Counted from the first letter of the stretch, positions 19,994 through 31,830 are shown. The stretch: 64,000 nt of DNA from Acidobacteriota bacterium (GCA_963666215.2 CAXWPL010000005.1:1376001-1440000), one strand, 5' to 3'. Translations and numbers: made by a program. The notes: generated by a model from the sequence alone, not told the origin.

Positions 19994-21380
19994 TGTCGTT
20001 CCTCAAAACTCGTCCGGCGGCAGAAAGGTGGTTTCGTAGCCACGGAGTTCGGCCAGCACCCCGGTCTGAGCTCCCCCAAGGACGACGGCAACGGTCGAGA
20101 TGAAGGACGACTCGTGGGCACTCCGCTGCTGGCGCTATCAGCGCCCAACGAAGCCCCTTGTCTCCAGAAGGCAGCCTGCGGAGGAGAAGCCGAGTCAGGA
20201 GCGCGATGTTCAGGCGGCTTCGCGCCACTCGTATCGGTGATGGAGCCCTCCGACACGAGGCATCGAGACGACCTTCGCGGTCGGCGCCGGGGGCGATGTC
20301 GCGGGTCGGCTAGACGGAGTGTCCTTGCCGAGGCCGAGATGCGTGCGGTCCTGGTGGAAGTAGGCGATGTATGCGCGAGCGAGCCGAACAGCGTGGCGCT
20401 CGTTGAATACGACCACGTGATCGAAGAGTTCGCGGCGGCACCCGCCGATCCATCGTTCGGCCACAGGATTCTGCCATGGACTGCGATACGCGGTTCTGCA
20501 CGGCTTCGTACCCATCGACCGGACGAACCCGACTACCGCCTCACTGAAGATCGAGTCGCGGTCGAAGATCAGATGCCTCGGCGCCGTATCGAACGGGAAG
20601 GCTTCTCGCAGCTGCTGGATGACCCAGGCGGCGCTGGGGTTAAAGGTGGCGTTGAAGTGGAGGATCTGTCGTCGGTCGTGGTGGATGACGAACCAGCAGT
20701 ACAGGACCCGGAACGAGGCGGTCGGAACCGTGAAGAAGTCCATCGCCGCGATGCACTCCTTGTGGTTGCGCAGGAAACTCAACCACTGTTGGACGACATC
20801 GGGACTTGCAGGCCGTCGCGGCATGTGCCGGGAGACGGTGGCCTCGGAGACGGTGAAGCCCAGCTTCTCCAGTTCACCGTGAATTCGCGGAGCTCCCCAG
20901 TCGTTTTCCAGAGCCATCCGACGGATCAACTCGCGGATCTCGCTGTCCATTCGCGGCCGCCCGGGGCCACTCTTGGGTCGCGAGATCTCAGTCCAGTAGC
21001 GCCGAAAGCGCTCACGATGCCACTTCACGACGGTCTCCGGCTTCACAATGATTAGGCGTTCGGCCCAGCCGCTCCAGGCTCTTCTCATTGCCACCCAGAA
21101 TACGCGGTCCGCGTCGTCGAGCTGCGGGCGAGGTCGCTTGCGCTTCAGCGCCTCGACCTGCTGTTTCAAGACGATGTTCTCGAGAACGAGCGAGGACTGC
21201 GACCGAAGAGCCACTTGAAGGCCCCGGATCATGAAGGTGGTGAGCAAGTAGAACACTCTGAGCATGGCCCGCGGAGGTTGACGAAGTCGGCTGCCGGCCG
21301 CAAGAGACAGCCACTCCCGCGTCCGAGCGATCGGCCCTAAACCGTTGATTCCAGGCGCGGATGCATTCTGAGGAGGGACA
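19994..21380 (-). mobile_element. IS481-like element (integrase-core transposase), apparently complete
   Basis: TGT...ACA ends, with IR TGTCGTTCCTCAAAAC and rc TGTCCCTCCTCAGAAT. Confidence 0.8.
20210..21265 (-). CDS. integrase core domain (rve) transposase
   Basis: WGAPRIHGEL, AMDFFTV, LIFDRDSIF, PWQNPVAER and GGLHHRY motifs. Confidence 0.9.
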   Translation of the reverse strand: MLRVFYLLTTFMIRGLQVALRSQSSLVLENIVLKQQVEALKRKRPRPQLDDADRVFWVAMRRAWSGWAERLIIVKPETVVKWHRERFRRYWTEISRPKSGPGRPRMDSEIRELIRRMALENDWGAPRIHGELEKLGFTVSEATVSRHMPRRPASPDVVQQWLSFLRNHKECIAAMDFFTVPTASFRVLYCWFVIHHDRRQILHFNATFNPSAAWVIQQLREAFPFDTAPRHLIFDRDSIFSEAVVGFVRSMGTKPCRTAYRSPWQNPVAERWIGGCRRELFDHVVVFNERHAVRLARAYIAYFHQDRTHLGLGKDTPSSRPATSPPAPTAKVVSMPRVGGLHHRYEWREAA

Positions 21381-21412
21381 ACCGGCAATAAACTACCGGC
21401 CGAACGGGCCCG

Positions 21413-22202
21413 CTACAGGTTGGAAACAGATCCGCCGCCGACCTCCAAGGTTGCGGCGTTGATATAGCGAGCATCCTCGGAACTGAGAAAGAGCACGGTA
21501 TTGGCGATATCCTCGGCTTGGACCTTACCTTCTAGAATTTGGATGTACTCGCGTACGTGTTCGAGCCAGTGGTAGCCTTCCTTGTTGACTATTAGGCGCG
21601 GCCGGATGGTGTTGACCCTGATGTTCTCAGGCCCGCCCATGCTCGCGGTGACACGGGTGAAGCCCTCGAGCCCGGCTTTGGCCGCCGCGTAGCTCGACAC
21701 GTCGAAACCCCCGCGAATCTCCAGCATCTTTTCTGTGAAGCCCGACCCTGCGGCACCGGATGAAATATTGGTAATCACTCCGCCGCCGGCGGCGGCCATA
21801 TGCGGCCACACGGCCCGGGTTACGTAGAAGGGGCCCGTCAGGTTGACACCGATAACGCGGTCCCACGTCTCGTTGTCCTCCAACCTCATCGGTTCTCCGG
21901 CTTTTCCGCCTAATCCGCCCCCGCCGGCGTTGTTGACCAAGATGTGGATCGCTCCGTAGGTTTCGACGGTTTGCGCTATTGCCGCCTCGACGGACTCGTG
22001 GTCGCTTACGTCACAGGTAATGAAGGTGGCGTCGCCTCCCGCCTTGCGAATCCCGTCCTCCACGGCTTGACCCTTATCCTGCCGTCTGGCCAACAGTGCC
22101 ACCCTTGGCACCCTCCCGGGCCAGCACCTTGCCGGTGGCCTCCCCGATGCCGCTGTTACCGCCAGTAACGACGGCGACCTTGCCTTCCAGTTTCTCAGCC
22201 AT
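21413..22202 (-). CDS. SDR family oxidoreductase (1-nt frameshift near 22100, possibly a sequencing error)
   Basis: MAEKLEGKVAVVTGGNSGIG in a different frame from VNNAG and YAAAK; RBS AGGAGG. Confidence 0.8.
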
Positions 22203-22266
22203 TTCGCCTCCTATTCAAGCAGTTGATTTTGCCAAGCGGGCCTGCGCCAGAATCTCCGGGACAGGA

Positions 22267-23730
22267 TTACGCTATCAACCCCTCTACCACTTTCGGCCCC
22301 TCGGCGGGTCCGATCAGGCGCTGATCGAGGCCCTGGAACAGGTAGGTGAGCCGTTCGGCGTCCAGGCCGAGCTGGTGCAGGATGGTCGCCTGCAGGTCGT
22401 GGACGTGCACCGGGTTCTCCACGGCGTAGTAGCCGATCTCATCGGTCGCGCCGTAATTGAGGCCCGGTTTGATGCCGCCGCCGGCCATCCACATGGAGAA
22501 GGCGTGCGGGTGATGGTCGCGCCCGATGTAGTCGCCGTACTTGCCGCCGCGGTTCTCGCGCATCGGAGTGCGGCCGAATTCCCCGCCCCAGACGATCAGC
22601 GTCTCGTCCAGCAGGCCGCGTTGTTTCAGGTCCTTGACCAGAGCCGACATCGGCCGGTCGACTTCCTTGGCGCGCTTCGGCAATTCGTATCGGATGTCCT
22701 CTCGCAGCAGCGAGCCGTGATGGTCCCAACCCCAGTGGAAGAGCTGCACGTAGCGCACACCGCTCTCGATCAACCGCCGCGCCAGCAGGCAGTTGTTCGC
22801 GAAGGACACCTTGCCCGGCTCGGTGCCGTACAGGGTGTGCGTCGCGTCCGGCTCCTTGGAGATATCCATCACCTCGGGAACCGAGATCTGCATACGGTAG
22901 GCCAGCTCGTATTGGGAGATGCGAGCCAGCGTTTCCGGATCGCCGAACTTCTTCTCCTGTAGCTCGTTCATATCGCGCAAGCCGTCGAGCGTCCTGCGCC
23001 GCATGGAGCGGCTGATGCCTGTCGGGTCGCTCAGGTAGAGCACCGGATCGCCCTGGGTGCGGCACTGCACGCCCTGATAGACCGAAGGCAAGAATCCGCT
23101 GCCCCACACGCTCTTTCCGGCGCTGGGAATCCTGCCACCGCTGGCGAGCACCACAAAGCCCGGCAGGTCCTGGTTCTCCGTGCCGAGTCCGTAGGTGACC
23201 CACGAGCCGATCGAGCCGTAACCCAGCCGGGAGTTGCCCGTGTGCATGAACAGCTGCGCGGGCGCGTGGTTGAAGTGATCCGTCTTCATCGACCGGACCA
23301 CGGCAATGTCATCCGCGACGGTTGCCAGGTGCGGCAGAATCTCACTCATCCAGGTACCGGCCTGACCATGCTGCTTGAACTCGAACGGGCTGCCGAGCAG
23401 CTTGGGCACTCCTTTGATGAAGGCGAAGCGCTTGCCTTCGAGGAGATCCTGCGGGCAGTCCTGGCCGTCGAACTTCTTGAGCTCGGGCTTGTAGTCGAAC
23501 AGGTCGAGCGTCGAAGGCGAGCCCGCCATGTGCAGGTAGATGACGGCTTTGGCCTTGGCAGCAAGATGAGGTGGCTTCGGCGCGAGAGGATTGCTGACCG
23601 AGTCCTCCTCTGCCTCGAGTAGACCGGGGCCCGCCAGACCTGACAAAGCAGCACCAGCCAGACCGATCTGGCAGCGCTGGAAAAAATGACGGCGAGTCAG
23701 CGTTTGTTGGAGTTCGAGGTAGGGGTTCAT
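22267..23730 (-). CDS. DUF1501 domain protein (Tat signal)
   Basis: TRRHFF; GSPSTLDLFDYKP; WDHH; GEFGRTP; GRDHHP. Confidence 0.9.
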   Translation of the reverse strand: MNPYLELQQTLTRRHFFQRCQIGLAGAALSGLAGPGLLEAEEDSVSNPLAPKPPHLAAKAKAVIYLHMAGSPSTLDLFDYKPELKKFDGQDCPQDLLEGKRFAFIKGVPKLLGSPFEFKQHGQAGTWMSEILPHLATVADDIAVVRSMKTDHFNHAPAQLFMHTGNSRLGYGSIGSWVTYGLGTENQDLPGFVVLASGGRIPSAGKSVWGSGFLPSVYQGVQCRTQGDPVLYLSDPTGISRSMRRRTLDGLRDMNELQEKKFGDPETLARISQYELAYRMQISVPEVMDISKEPDATHTLYGTEPGKVSFANNCLLARRLIESGVRYVQLFHWGWDHHGSLLREDIRYELPKRAKEVDRPMSALVKDLKQRGLLDETLIVWGGEFGRTPMRENRGGKYGDYIGRDHHPHAFSMWMAGGGIKPGLNYGATDEIGYYAVENPVHVHDLQATILHQLGLDAERLTYLFQGLDQRLIGPAEGPKVVEGLIA

Positions 23731-23776
23731 GGTTTTTTTCTCTGGATCAGCGCTCCGCGTAGGGGACAGGCACAAG

Positions 23777-26150
23777 CTACCGCTTCGTCAGTGTCTCATC
23801 GAGGTTGAGCAGCACATTGGCCGCCACCACCCAGGCGGCCCGATCCGCGTCGTGCTCTGTGGGCCGGCCGAGGTACGGCTGCCTGAGCGCCTTCAGACCG
23901 ACGTCGATGTGCTGCCCGCGGTTCTTCTCCCGATTCCGACTCGCGTAGACAGCGACCACGTTCTTTCCAGGCTTGATGGCCGCCACGGCGTCCGTGTAGA
24001 GCGGAAACTCCGTATGGGTGTCGTACTGCTGGGGCGGATGGGCCGCAGGGACACCGTTCACGAACGCGTCGAAAGCGCATTGATAGCGCATCTCGAACTT
24101 GTAGTCCATGAGACCCTCCGGTGGCACATCGAACTCGATCCGCATCCAGATCCCCTCGGTGTCCCAATCGCTCACCACCTCGATGTCCTTGTTCGAGCCC
24201 TTCTGGTCCTCGATGTAGCCAAAGGTCCCTGAGCCGGTGCGCCACTCCGAATCGTCAAGGTCGGCATGGGCCCAGTTGCCGGGAGGCTCCTTGGTGGTGT
24301 AGCGCCACTGCGCGCCGGCGCCGCGGGAATCCTCCACGAGCGTGGTCAAGCGGCCTTCCTCGTAGAGCGTGTCGTCGTAGTTGAGGAGCTGGCGGGCACG
24401 GCGGGAGTCGTTAGCTAGCTCGGCCTTGGCCTCCGCGTGCAAACTCACGATGCGCTCGACCTCTTCGTCCGACGGGGGCCGAATCAGAGTTGTCTGGAGG
24501 GCGTGGCGTGCCCGCTCCGCGGTCGCTGGCCCGGCTTCTTCCAGGGTGCGCAGCGCCAGGTGCTGTGCGGCCTCCATGAACACCGGGTCGTTGAGCGACG
24601 CTAGCGCTTGAAGCGGGGTGTTCGTCCTGATCCGGCGAACGGTGCACACTTCTCGGGAGGGCGCATCGTAGGCGATCATCGAGGGATAGGGAGCGCTGCG
24701 TCGCCACAAGGTATAGAGACCGCGCCGGTAGCGGTCTTCGCCGGCGCTGGTCTCCCAGCGTGTGAGGGTGTCGTTGACCATCTGCCAGATGCCATCCGGC
24801 TGCCAGGGCATGACGGGGGGGCCGTACATCTTCTCACTCAGCAGGCCACTGATGGCGAGGGCCTGATCGCGAACCATCCCGGCCTCGAGCCGAACACGCG
24901 GGCCGCGCGCCAGCAGCCGGTTCTGCGGATCACGATCCGCCAGCTCGGCCGTGACCTCCGAGGCTTGTCGGTAGGTCGCCGACGTCACCATCGTTTGGAG
25001 AATAGCCTTGATGTCCCAGTCGAGGCGCATGAACTCCGTGGCCAGCCAGTCGAGCAGTTCCGGATGAGTGGGCGGAGTGCCTTGCGCGCCGAAGTCTTCT
25101 TCCGTCTCCACCAGCCCGACGCCAAAAAGCTTGGCCCACAACCGGTTGACCATGACGCGGGCAGTGAGCGGGTTCCCTTTGTCGACAATCCACTTGGCCA
25201 GCCCAAGGCGGTTCGGAGGGGCGGCCTTTGGCGCGGCGTGAAACGCCGTGAGCACGGCGGGCTGAACCTCAGCGCCCTTGCTCAAGAAGCTGCCCCGCTC
25301 ATGGATATTCGTGGCACGGCGCTCGTCGCCCACCAGGTCGCGCATTATCAAGGCGGTCACGTCCTCTCCGAGGTCGAGCGTGGGGCGATCGTCGAACTGG
25401 TCGTGATCCTCGGTCTGGTTGAAGAAGGCGTAGAGCTGGTAGAACTCCTTCTGTGGGATGGGGTCGTACTTGTGGTTATGGCACTGCGCGCACCCGAAGG
25501 TCAGGCCCATCCACACCTGGCCCGTTGTGGCCACGCGGTCCTTGACGGCGAGGTCGCGGAACTCTTCGTCGTCGGTACCAGCCTCGGTGTTGGTCATGGT
25601 GTTGCGGTGGAAGCCGGTCGCGATGAGCTGCTCCTTGGTGGGCACCGGCTGAAGATCCCCTGCTAGCTGCAAGACCGTGAAGCGGTCGTAAGGCATGTTG
25701 GCGTTGAGCGCGCGGATGACCCAATCGCGGTAGGGCCACATTGTGCGCAGGCCGTCCTGCTCGTAGCCTTTCGAGTCGGCATAACGAGCCAGATCCAGCC
25801 ACATATCGGCCCAGCGCTCACCATAGCGCGGCGAGTTGAGCAGCTGGACCACCGCCTCTTCATAGGTCAGCGGAGGCTCGGCCTGTTCTTCGGCCTCGGT
25901 TCCTGTCTCCGCGGCCTCGCTTTCTCCTACTCCTTCGCTCTCCGGGGCCGGCGGCGCTTCCCTTGTGAAGGCTGCTACCAATTCGGGGTCGGGCGGGAGC
26001 CCCGTCAGGTCGAGAGCCAGGCGGCGGATCAGTGTGTATTCGTCAGCCTCCCCAGATGGACTGAGGCCCTCGCTCTCCAGACGGGCCAGGACAAAACGAT
26101 CGACTTCGTTACGGGCCGAGTCCTCGTTCGAGATTTCGGGCAGTTCCGGG
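23777..26150 (-). pseudogene. DUF1549/DUF1553 (PSCyt2/PSD1) protein, 5'-truncated
   Basis: LIRRLALDLTGLPP, YGERWA..WLDLARYADS, CAQCH heme motif, HPELLDWLA and TNTPLQAL; the frame extends to ~26150 with no start codon. Confidence 0.85.
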
Positions 26151-26303
26151 CACTCGGCTCTGGTCCGGGTGACGCACTGGCTCAGCTCGCTGAGCTTCTT
26201 CGTTCTGGTCCTCAGCGGCGTTGCGATCCTGCTGGCTCACCCACGGCTCTACTGGGGCGAGGCGGGAGCCCTGGGGTCGCCGTCCCTGATCGACCTACCT
26301 CTC
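26151..26303 (+). pseudogene. cytochrome b/b6-domain N-terminal fragment
   Basis: HSALVRVTHWL...LSGVAILLAHPRLYWGE. Confidence 0.65.
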
Positions 26304-27162
26304 TCCGGCGCCCCTCTACCACGCCGCTCCGCTGGGCTTCACCGCAGGCACGCAGCGCCAGGGTGGCACTGTCGTCGTCATGGAGCGCTTCGACGAGGAG
26401 CTGGCGCTGCGTTATATCGAGCAGTACGACATCACCGTGAGCCAATGGGTGCCGACGATGTTCGTGCGCATGCTCAAGCTCGAAGAGGAGGCTCGCCACC
26501 GGCACGATCTCTCCAGGCACAAGAGGGCGATTCACGCCGCCGCTCCCTGCCCTGTCGTCGTGAAGCGACGGATGATCGAGTGGTGGGGACCGATCCTGCT
26601 CGAGTACTACGCTGGCACCGAGGGCAACGGCGGGCGACGAGATCGCGGCCGCGAGCGAGGGCGTCGTCTACTTCGAGCAAGACCCCGAGATCCCACTCTT
26701 CGAGTACCACAACGCGAAGAGAAGACCGTCGGCTCGCGGAATCCCCGCAACGAGCGCTGGACCACCCTCGGCGACGTCGGCTTCGTCGACGAAGACGGCT
26801 TCCTCTTTCTCACCGACCGCAAGGCGTTCATGATCATCTCGGGCGGTGTCAACATCTACTCGCAGGAGATCGAGAACGCCCTGGCCATGCACCCCAAAGT
26901 CGCCGACGTGGCGGTGATCGGAGTGCCCAATGAAGAGATGGGCGAAGAGGTCAAGGCGGTAGTGCAGCTCCGAGAGCCGCTGTCGGCCGGCGAAGAGATC
27001 GCCCAGGAGTTGATCGCCTACTCACGTGAGCAGCTCGCGGGCTACAAGGTACCGCGCTCGGTGGATTTCGAAGAGGAGATGCCCCGACTGCCAACGGGCA
27101 AGCTCTACAAGCGCCTCCTGCGCGACCGCTACTGGGGCAACCACGGCTCCCGCATCGTTTGA
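26295..27162 (+). pseudogene. acyl-CoA synthetase C-terminal fragment with internal deletion/frameshifts
   Basis: PLYHAAP, HAAAPCP, EYYAGTE, TLGDVG, IISGGVNIY and PTGKLYKR motifs. Confidence 0.8.
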
Positions 27163-27380
27163 CGCTGCGCCGTCCTCGGCGCCATGTTGTCTACGCGCAG
27201 GCAGTGATAGCAATCACTTTCCGTAGGCTAGCCGAGGGGCTCTCCGGGCCTGATACTCGCCAAGTACTCCTCGCTGGGCTCAGATCGAATCCCGGCGACC
27301 GCGAGACGCTCGCTCCCTCGATAGAGGAGACGCGCTTGGGCTTCGGTCCCTCGTACTCTCTTCGACCTGGGATGACGCCT

Positions 27381-27794
27381 TCAGGGCACCACCTTGAAGG
27401 CATTGCGACCTCTCCAGCGGTAGATCTCGAAGTCCGTCCGGTCGGTGGTGAAGACAAGAGCGGTTTCTAGCTCCTCGGCGAGAGCGACCAGGGTCGCGTC
27501 GGCGTAGTCCATCGGCAGGTCTGCGTACTTCGTCACCAATTGACGGCAGCGATCGAGAGCGGCGCGGCTCGAAGGAACGAGCACAGCGCCCCCTCGGAGG
27601 AAGAAGTCGAGACAGGTCTCGATGCCACGTGGCGCGCGGCTCAATAGGTGGGTCGCCTCCGTGAGCACGGCCTCGGTGCTGACGACCGGCCCTTGCCAGT
27701 CCTCGAAGAAGTCTACAAACTCTCGATGTCGCGTCTGGCTGAGATCGAGCAGAGAAACCAGAGCACCGGTGTCGAGAAGAAGCTCACCGGCCAC
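27381..27794 (-). CDS. PIN-domain (VapC-like) toxin
   Basis: LLDTGAL, EAVLTEA, PMDYADATLV and FTTD motifs. Confidence 0.9.
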   Translation of the reverse strand: MAGELLLDTGALVSLLDLSQTRHREFVDFFEDWQGPVVSTEAVLTEATHLLSRAPRGIETCLDFFLRGGAVLVPSSRAALDRCRQLVTKYADLPMDYADATLVALAEELETALVFTTDRTDFEIYRWRGRNAFKVVP

Positions 27795-28032
27795 GCCGGA
27801 GGCTCTCCAGTACGTATTCGCGGTGCCTCTCGGCGAGGTCCGAGACTCCGGTCTCGACCGAGCCGAGCAGACTGCTCACGGCGCGAGCAGCGGACGCGTC
27901 CGCTCGCAAGTGGAGGAATTCCTCGAGCGCCATCCTCACCACTTCCGAGCGCTTGCGCCGCATGCAAAGAGCGGCCTCCTCGAGAGAAGCACTCAGATCA
28001 TCGGGTAGGCGGACCGTCAGTTGCTCCGACAT
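27784..28032 (-). CDS. ribbon-helix-helix (CopG-like) antitoxin
   Basis: QLTVRLPDDL...RSEVVRMALEEFL; overlaps the toxin start. Confidence 0.85.
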   Translation of the reverse strand: MSEQLTVRLPDDLSASLEEAALCMRRKRSEVVRMALEEFLHLRADASAARAVSSLLGSVETGVSDLAERHREYVLESLRRGR

Positions 28033-28357
28033 GGGCTATCCTCTTGCTCTGTTGTTACCACTGCTATGCAGTGCGATGCAATGCTACCACCGCGCGGGAG
28101 TGGATCAGCGTACTCGAGGCCAGCTAGTGTCCTGTATCAGTGGTTCGTTGCGTAAATCGCGCGGTCATTTTGTGTGCTGCCAAGGCGAGCCGCCGAAGTC
28201 ATATCGGGAATATTACGAGGAGGAGCAACGACGGCAGCGCGCAAAAGGGCCCGCGAGTTGCGTGACGTACTACTGTTACAGGACACTAGAAGCCGATCTT
28301 CATCCATCCCCTGAAGGGGGCTCGGCTCGCCGAGATCGAACAAGACCTCGAATCCTA

Positions 28358-28498
28358 GGGCCTCGTTCGCGCTTTTCAGGACCAGAACGATCACTTTGCC
28401 TTCATCCTCAAACGGTCCGGATATCCAAAACTTTGAATATCGATGCATTTTTTTGAGTATGGAGTTCTAGCTAAAACACAACATATGGTATCCGACCT
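28358..28498. repeat. copy of the TonB-receptor upstream region (matches 60319-60459), with one NrdR-like box
   Basis: Near-identical 141 nt, including ACACAACATATGGTAT at 28476-28491. Confidence 0.9.
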
Positions 28499-28499
28499 T

Positions 28500-30988
28500 C
28501 CGTCACCGCCGAACTGGAGGGGCTGGGGGCGGCCGAGCTGGCGACCACCCTGAATCCGGGGCAGCGCCGCGGCGTCGACCTCACCTTGGCGGGAGGAACC
28601 GCCGAGGAGATCACGGTCACCGGCGAAGCGCCGATGATAAGCAAGTACGAGACCGGCTCCGTCAGCTCAATGAAGCCGGAGGTGACCGAGAACGTTGCCT
28701 TCCAGAGTCGCTTCTATGCCGCCACCATTCGCGCGCTTCCCGGCGTGGTGAACCAGTCACAGCGCGACACTCTTCCCGCAGTCAACGGCGGCATTCACAT
28801 CGAGACGCAGGTCTTGATCGAAGGTGTGGACACCTCGAACACGCGCCGCGGGGGCGAGGCGCGCGTGATCATGCCGGCGTCGGCGCTGTCCGAGACCAGG
28901 CTCGAAACGATGGGCTTCGGCGCCGAGTACGGCCGGGCGACCGGCGGCATCATCAACTCGACCGTCAAGACCGGCACCAACAACTTTCACGGCGACTTTC
29001 TCTACGTCGGCCAGAACCCGAAGTGGAGAGCCGAGGACCAGTTTCAGTTGGAGCGACCGGACGACCAGATCAACAGCTACGAGGCGTCGCTGGGCGGGCC
29101 CATCTTGCGCCAAAAGGCGTGGTTCTTTGCCGCCTACGCCGAGATGACCGAGAACCTCCTGGACCAATTAGCGAGCGGCGACGTGGTTGACAACAGTCGC
29201 ACCTCGGAGCCCCGCATCCTCAAGCTCAACTACCAGCCTAGCGATCGCCACCAGCTGGCGGGGACGTGGATCGATTCGCGCGGCTTCTCCCTCGCCAACA
29301 CGTCTCGCACCGGCAACCGTGATGCCATCACGCACCGTCCGCTCTACGCGAAGGTACTGACCGGGGGCTGGAGCTTCGCGGCTACCAGCTCGACCTTCAT
29401 CGAGGTCAAGGTATCCGAGCGCAAGGATCTCTTTCCTCGCACTCTCAAATTCCCCAAGGATCCGGCGACACTGAGCCCCGAGAGCTCCGACAATCCGGTC
29501 GACAACAATTTCCGCTACCGCGATCTTGCGCAAAGTAACGTTCGCTTTAACGGCGTGGTGAGCGGGCAGGGGGTCGGCCACAACGACTTCCCTCGCGACA
29601 CGGCGGGGGGCTCAGCGACTTTGTTCAAGGGGCGCAACGAGATCAAGTTCGGCATCGACATCCAGGATATCGCGTACGAGAATTTCGGCGACATAGGCAA
29701 GGAGTATCGCGGCAGAAACTTCTGTTTTGAATGCCCCGGAGGCTACCAGACACCGCAGCGCATGCGGGTCTTCCAGGAGTCCTTGCCGTCGCGTAGCGAG
29801 GGTCTCGAGAGCTCGGCCTATGTGCAGGACCGCCTCGACGTCGGTGATCGCTTGAGCCTCCACATGGGCGTGCGTTACGACGCCGAGACGATCGATAACG
29901 ACGTCGGCACGCGGGTCCACGATTCCGACGACATCGCACCCCGTCTGACCGTGGTCTACGACGTCAATGCCGACGGCAAGCTGCTGGTGCGCGGCAGCGT
30001 CGGGCGCTACTACCAGAGCATCGGCCTGGATTTCGCCTTCCGCGAGTTCAGTGTGCTACCCACTGGGACCCAGAGCTACGACGAGTTCAATTGGAACAGC
30101 GCCACCGAGCGCTACGATATCTTCCGCACGAGCAGGAGGCCGGCGGGCGAGACCCAGACCCTGTTTCCGGTCGACCACCCCCACAAGGACCAGGTCGCGG
30201 TTGGCGTGGACTGGCAGCTGGCGCGGAACTGGGTCTTCAAGTCGAACCTGGTGTACCACGAGACCGACGACATCTTCTTCGGCAACGACCAGTACATGGA
30301 CAACGGCACGGGCATCGCGCGCGTGGTGCGCAACTGGCCCGGTGCCTTCCGCGAATATACGGCGGTCAGCCTCGAGCTCAATCGCAGGTTCCGCGGCGGC
30401 TGGACGTTCGTGTCCAACCTGACGGTGGGCAACGCCGAGGGCAATGCGGCCAACGAAAACAGCAACAATGACCTGTTCGAGGGCCTCGGCGGCCTCGAGC
30501 TGCCGAACCAAACGGTGCAGGACGCGGGTATTGCACCTGGCGCGACCGACGCCACCTCCAGGTTCCGGGCCGGGCGCCTGCGTCACGATATCGATCGGCT
30601 CAACCTCATCGCTATGAAGCGCTTTCAGTTCGGCAGGCAGGCCCTGACCCTGGGTGGCTTTTTCGCCGTCAGCTCCGGCAGGTACTTCGGCGGGACTGCC
30701 GCCACCACCGTAGCGCATCCGGTGACCGGTCTCGAGATCGACACCAATACCCGCGTCGAGGCGCGCGACGGCCAGCAGCTGGAGGGCATCTATACGCTCG
30801 ACCTCTCGGCCATGTGGTCGTTTCCGATCAAGGGTCCGGTGGAGGGGCAGCTGGGCTTAGAGGCCGCCAACATCACCGACCAGCAGGAGGTGCTCGAGAT
30901 CGACACCAATACCCTTCAGCCCATCAACTCGCTCTTGGCCTGGCAGGTGCCGCGCGAGTTTCGTTTGAAGGTTGGGATTCGTTTCTAG
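28500..30988 (+). pseudogene. TonB-dependent receptor paralog 1, lacking signal peptide and most of the N-terminal domain
   Basis: Colinear with 60885-63375; AEYGRATGG motif; C-terminal Phe; the segment equivalent to 60460-60885 is deleted. Confidence 0.85.
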
Positions 30989-31001
30989 GTTTCTGAGCTC
31001 T

Positions 31002-31050
31002 GTCTCGAGGCGGGTGGCGTGGTTGCGTCCCCGCCTCGAGACGGTCTTTC
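31002..31050 (+). terminator. putative intrinsic terminator
   Basis: GTCTCGAGGCGGG / CCCGCCTCGAGAC stem followed by a short TCTTTC tail. Confidence 0.5.
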
Positions 31051-31105
31051 GGCCCGGGTAGCCCTGGATCTTCGTCTCGACGAGATGGCGGAGGTGAGCT
31101 AGCCT

Positions 31106-31288
31106 CTAGCCTGGATTATTCATGAAGCTCCTACTGCGGTGCCGCAGCTGCCCGAATCTACTGCGTTGCGCTCGTTCGGGCTCCTCGACGTACTGCCAAA
31201 TACGCCTGCGGTGCCCTCGGTCGCGACGCCTTGTATCTCCGGGCATCTGCGGCACCTCGCTACGGACCTCATGAATAATCCAGGCTAG
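31106..31288. mobile_element. CTAG-flanked hairpin MITE-like element B
   Basis: 20-bp perfect IR CTAGCCTGGATTATTCATGA; absent from the paralogous site, which has a single CTAG at 63493-63496. Confidence 0.85.
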
Positions 31289-31338
31289 CTCTCCCCATTA
31301 GATCAAAACAGGAGAACGACATGATCCTCGGCATACAC

Positions 31339-31416
31339 CTTGGGTTCAAGGGGTCGTCGCAACGTTGCCTTGGTGAGCAGAGTGTACAAACTCATCGAAG
31401 ACTTCGGCAGGGGTTC
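31339..31416 (-). mobile_element. IS30-family end fragment (near copy of 31831-31908)
   Basis: CTTGGGTTCAAGGGGTCGTCGCAAC...GGCAGGGGTTC. Confidence 0.85.
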
Positions 31417-31830
31417 TGAGCGGTCACGGTTTCGTGGACACCAAGTTAAGCCCCATCGGGGCAGTTCCTATTCTGCATCAGTTCGGGTAGTCAGCTTCGG
31501 ACGAGGCTGTGCGAGGTTCGGGGAGCGCAGCCTCCCTTCGGATCCGACCGCCGGTCGCGCGTGAGTTCACGCTGCCCCTTCGAAGGCCTCGGGGCTCAGG
31601 AATCCGAGCGTCGAATGCTGGCGTCTCAGGTTGTAGAACACTTCGAGGTAAGAAACCGCTTCGTCGTGAGCTCGCTGACGAGTCTCGAAGGGTCGGTCCC
31701 AGACCTCGGTCTTGAGACTGTCGAAGAAGCTCTCCAAGACCGCATTGTCATAACAATTTCCGACGCCGGACATGCTGCAGCGAAACCGCAGCTCAGCCAG
31801 CCGATCCTGGTAAGCCTTCGAGGCGTACTG
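31417..31830 (-). mobile_element. IS3-family remnant (integrase C-terminus plus right IR)
   Basis: QYAS...SMSGVGNCYDNAVLESFFDSLKTE...FYNLRRQHSTLG; IR TGAGCGGTCACGGTTTCGTGGACA. Confidence 0.85.
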
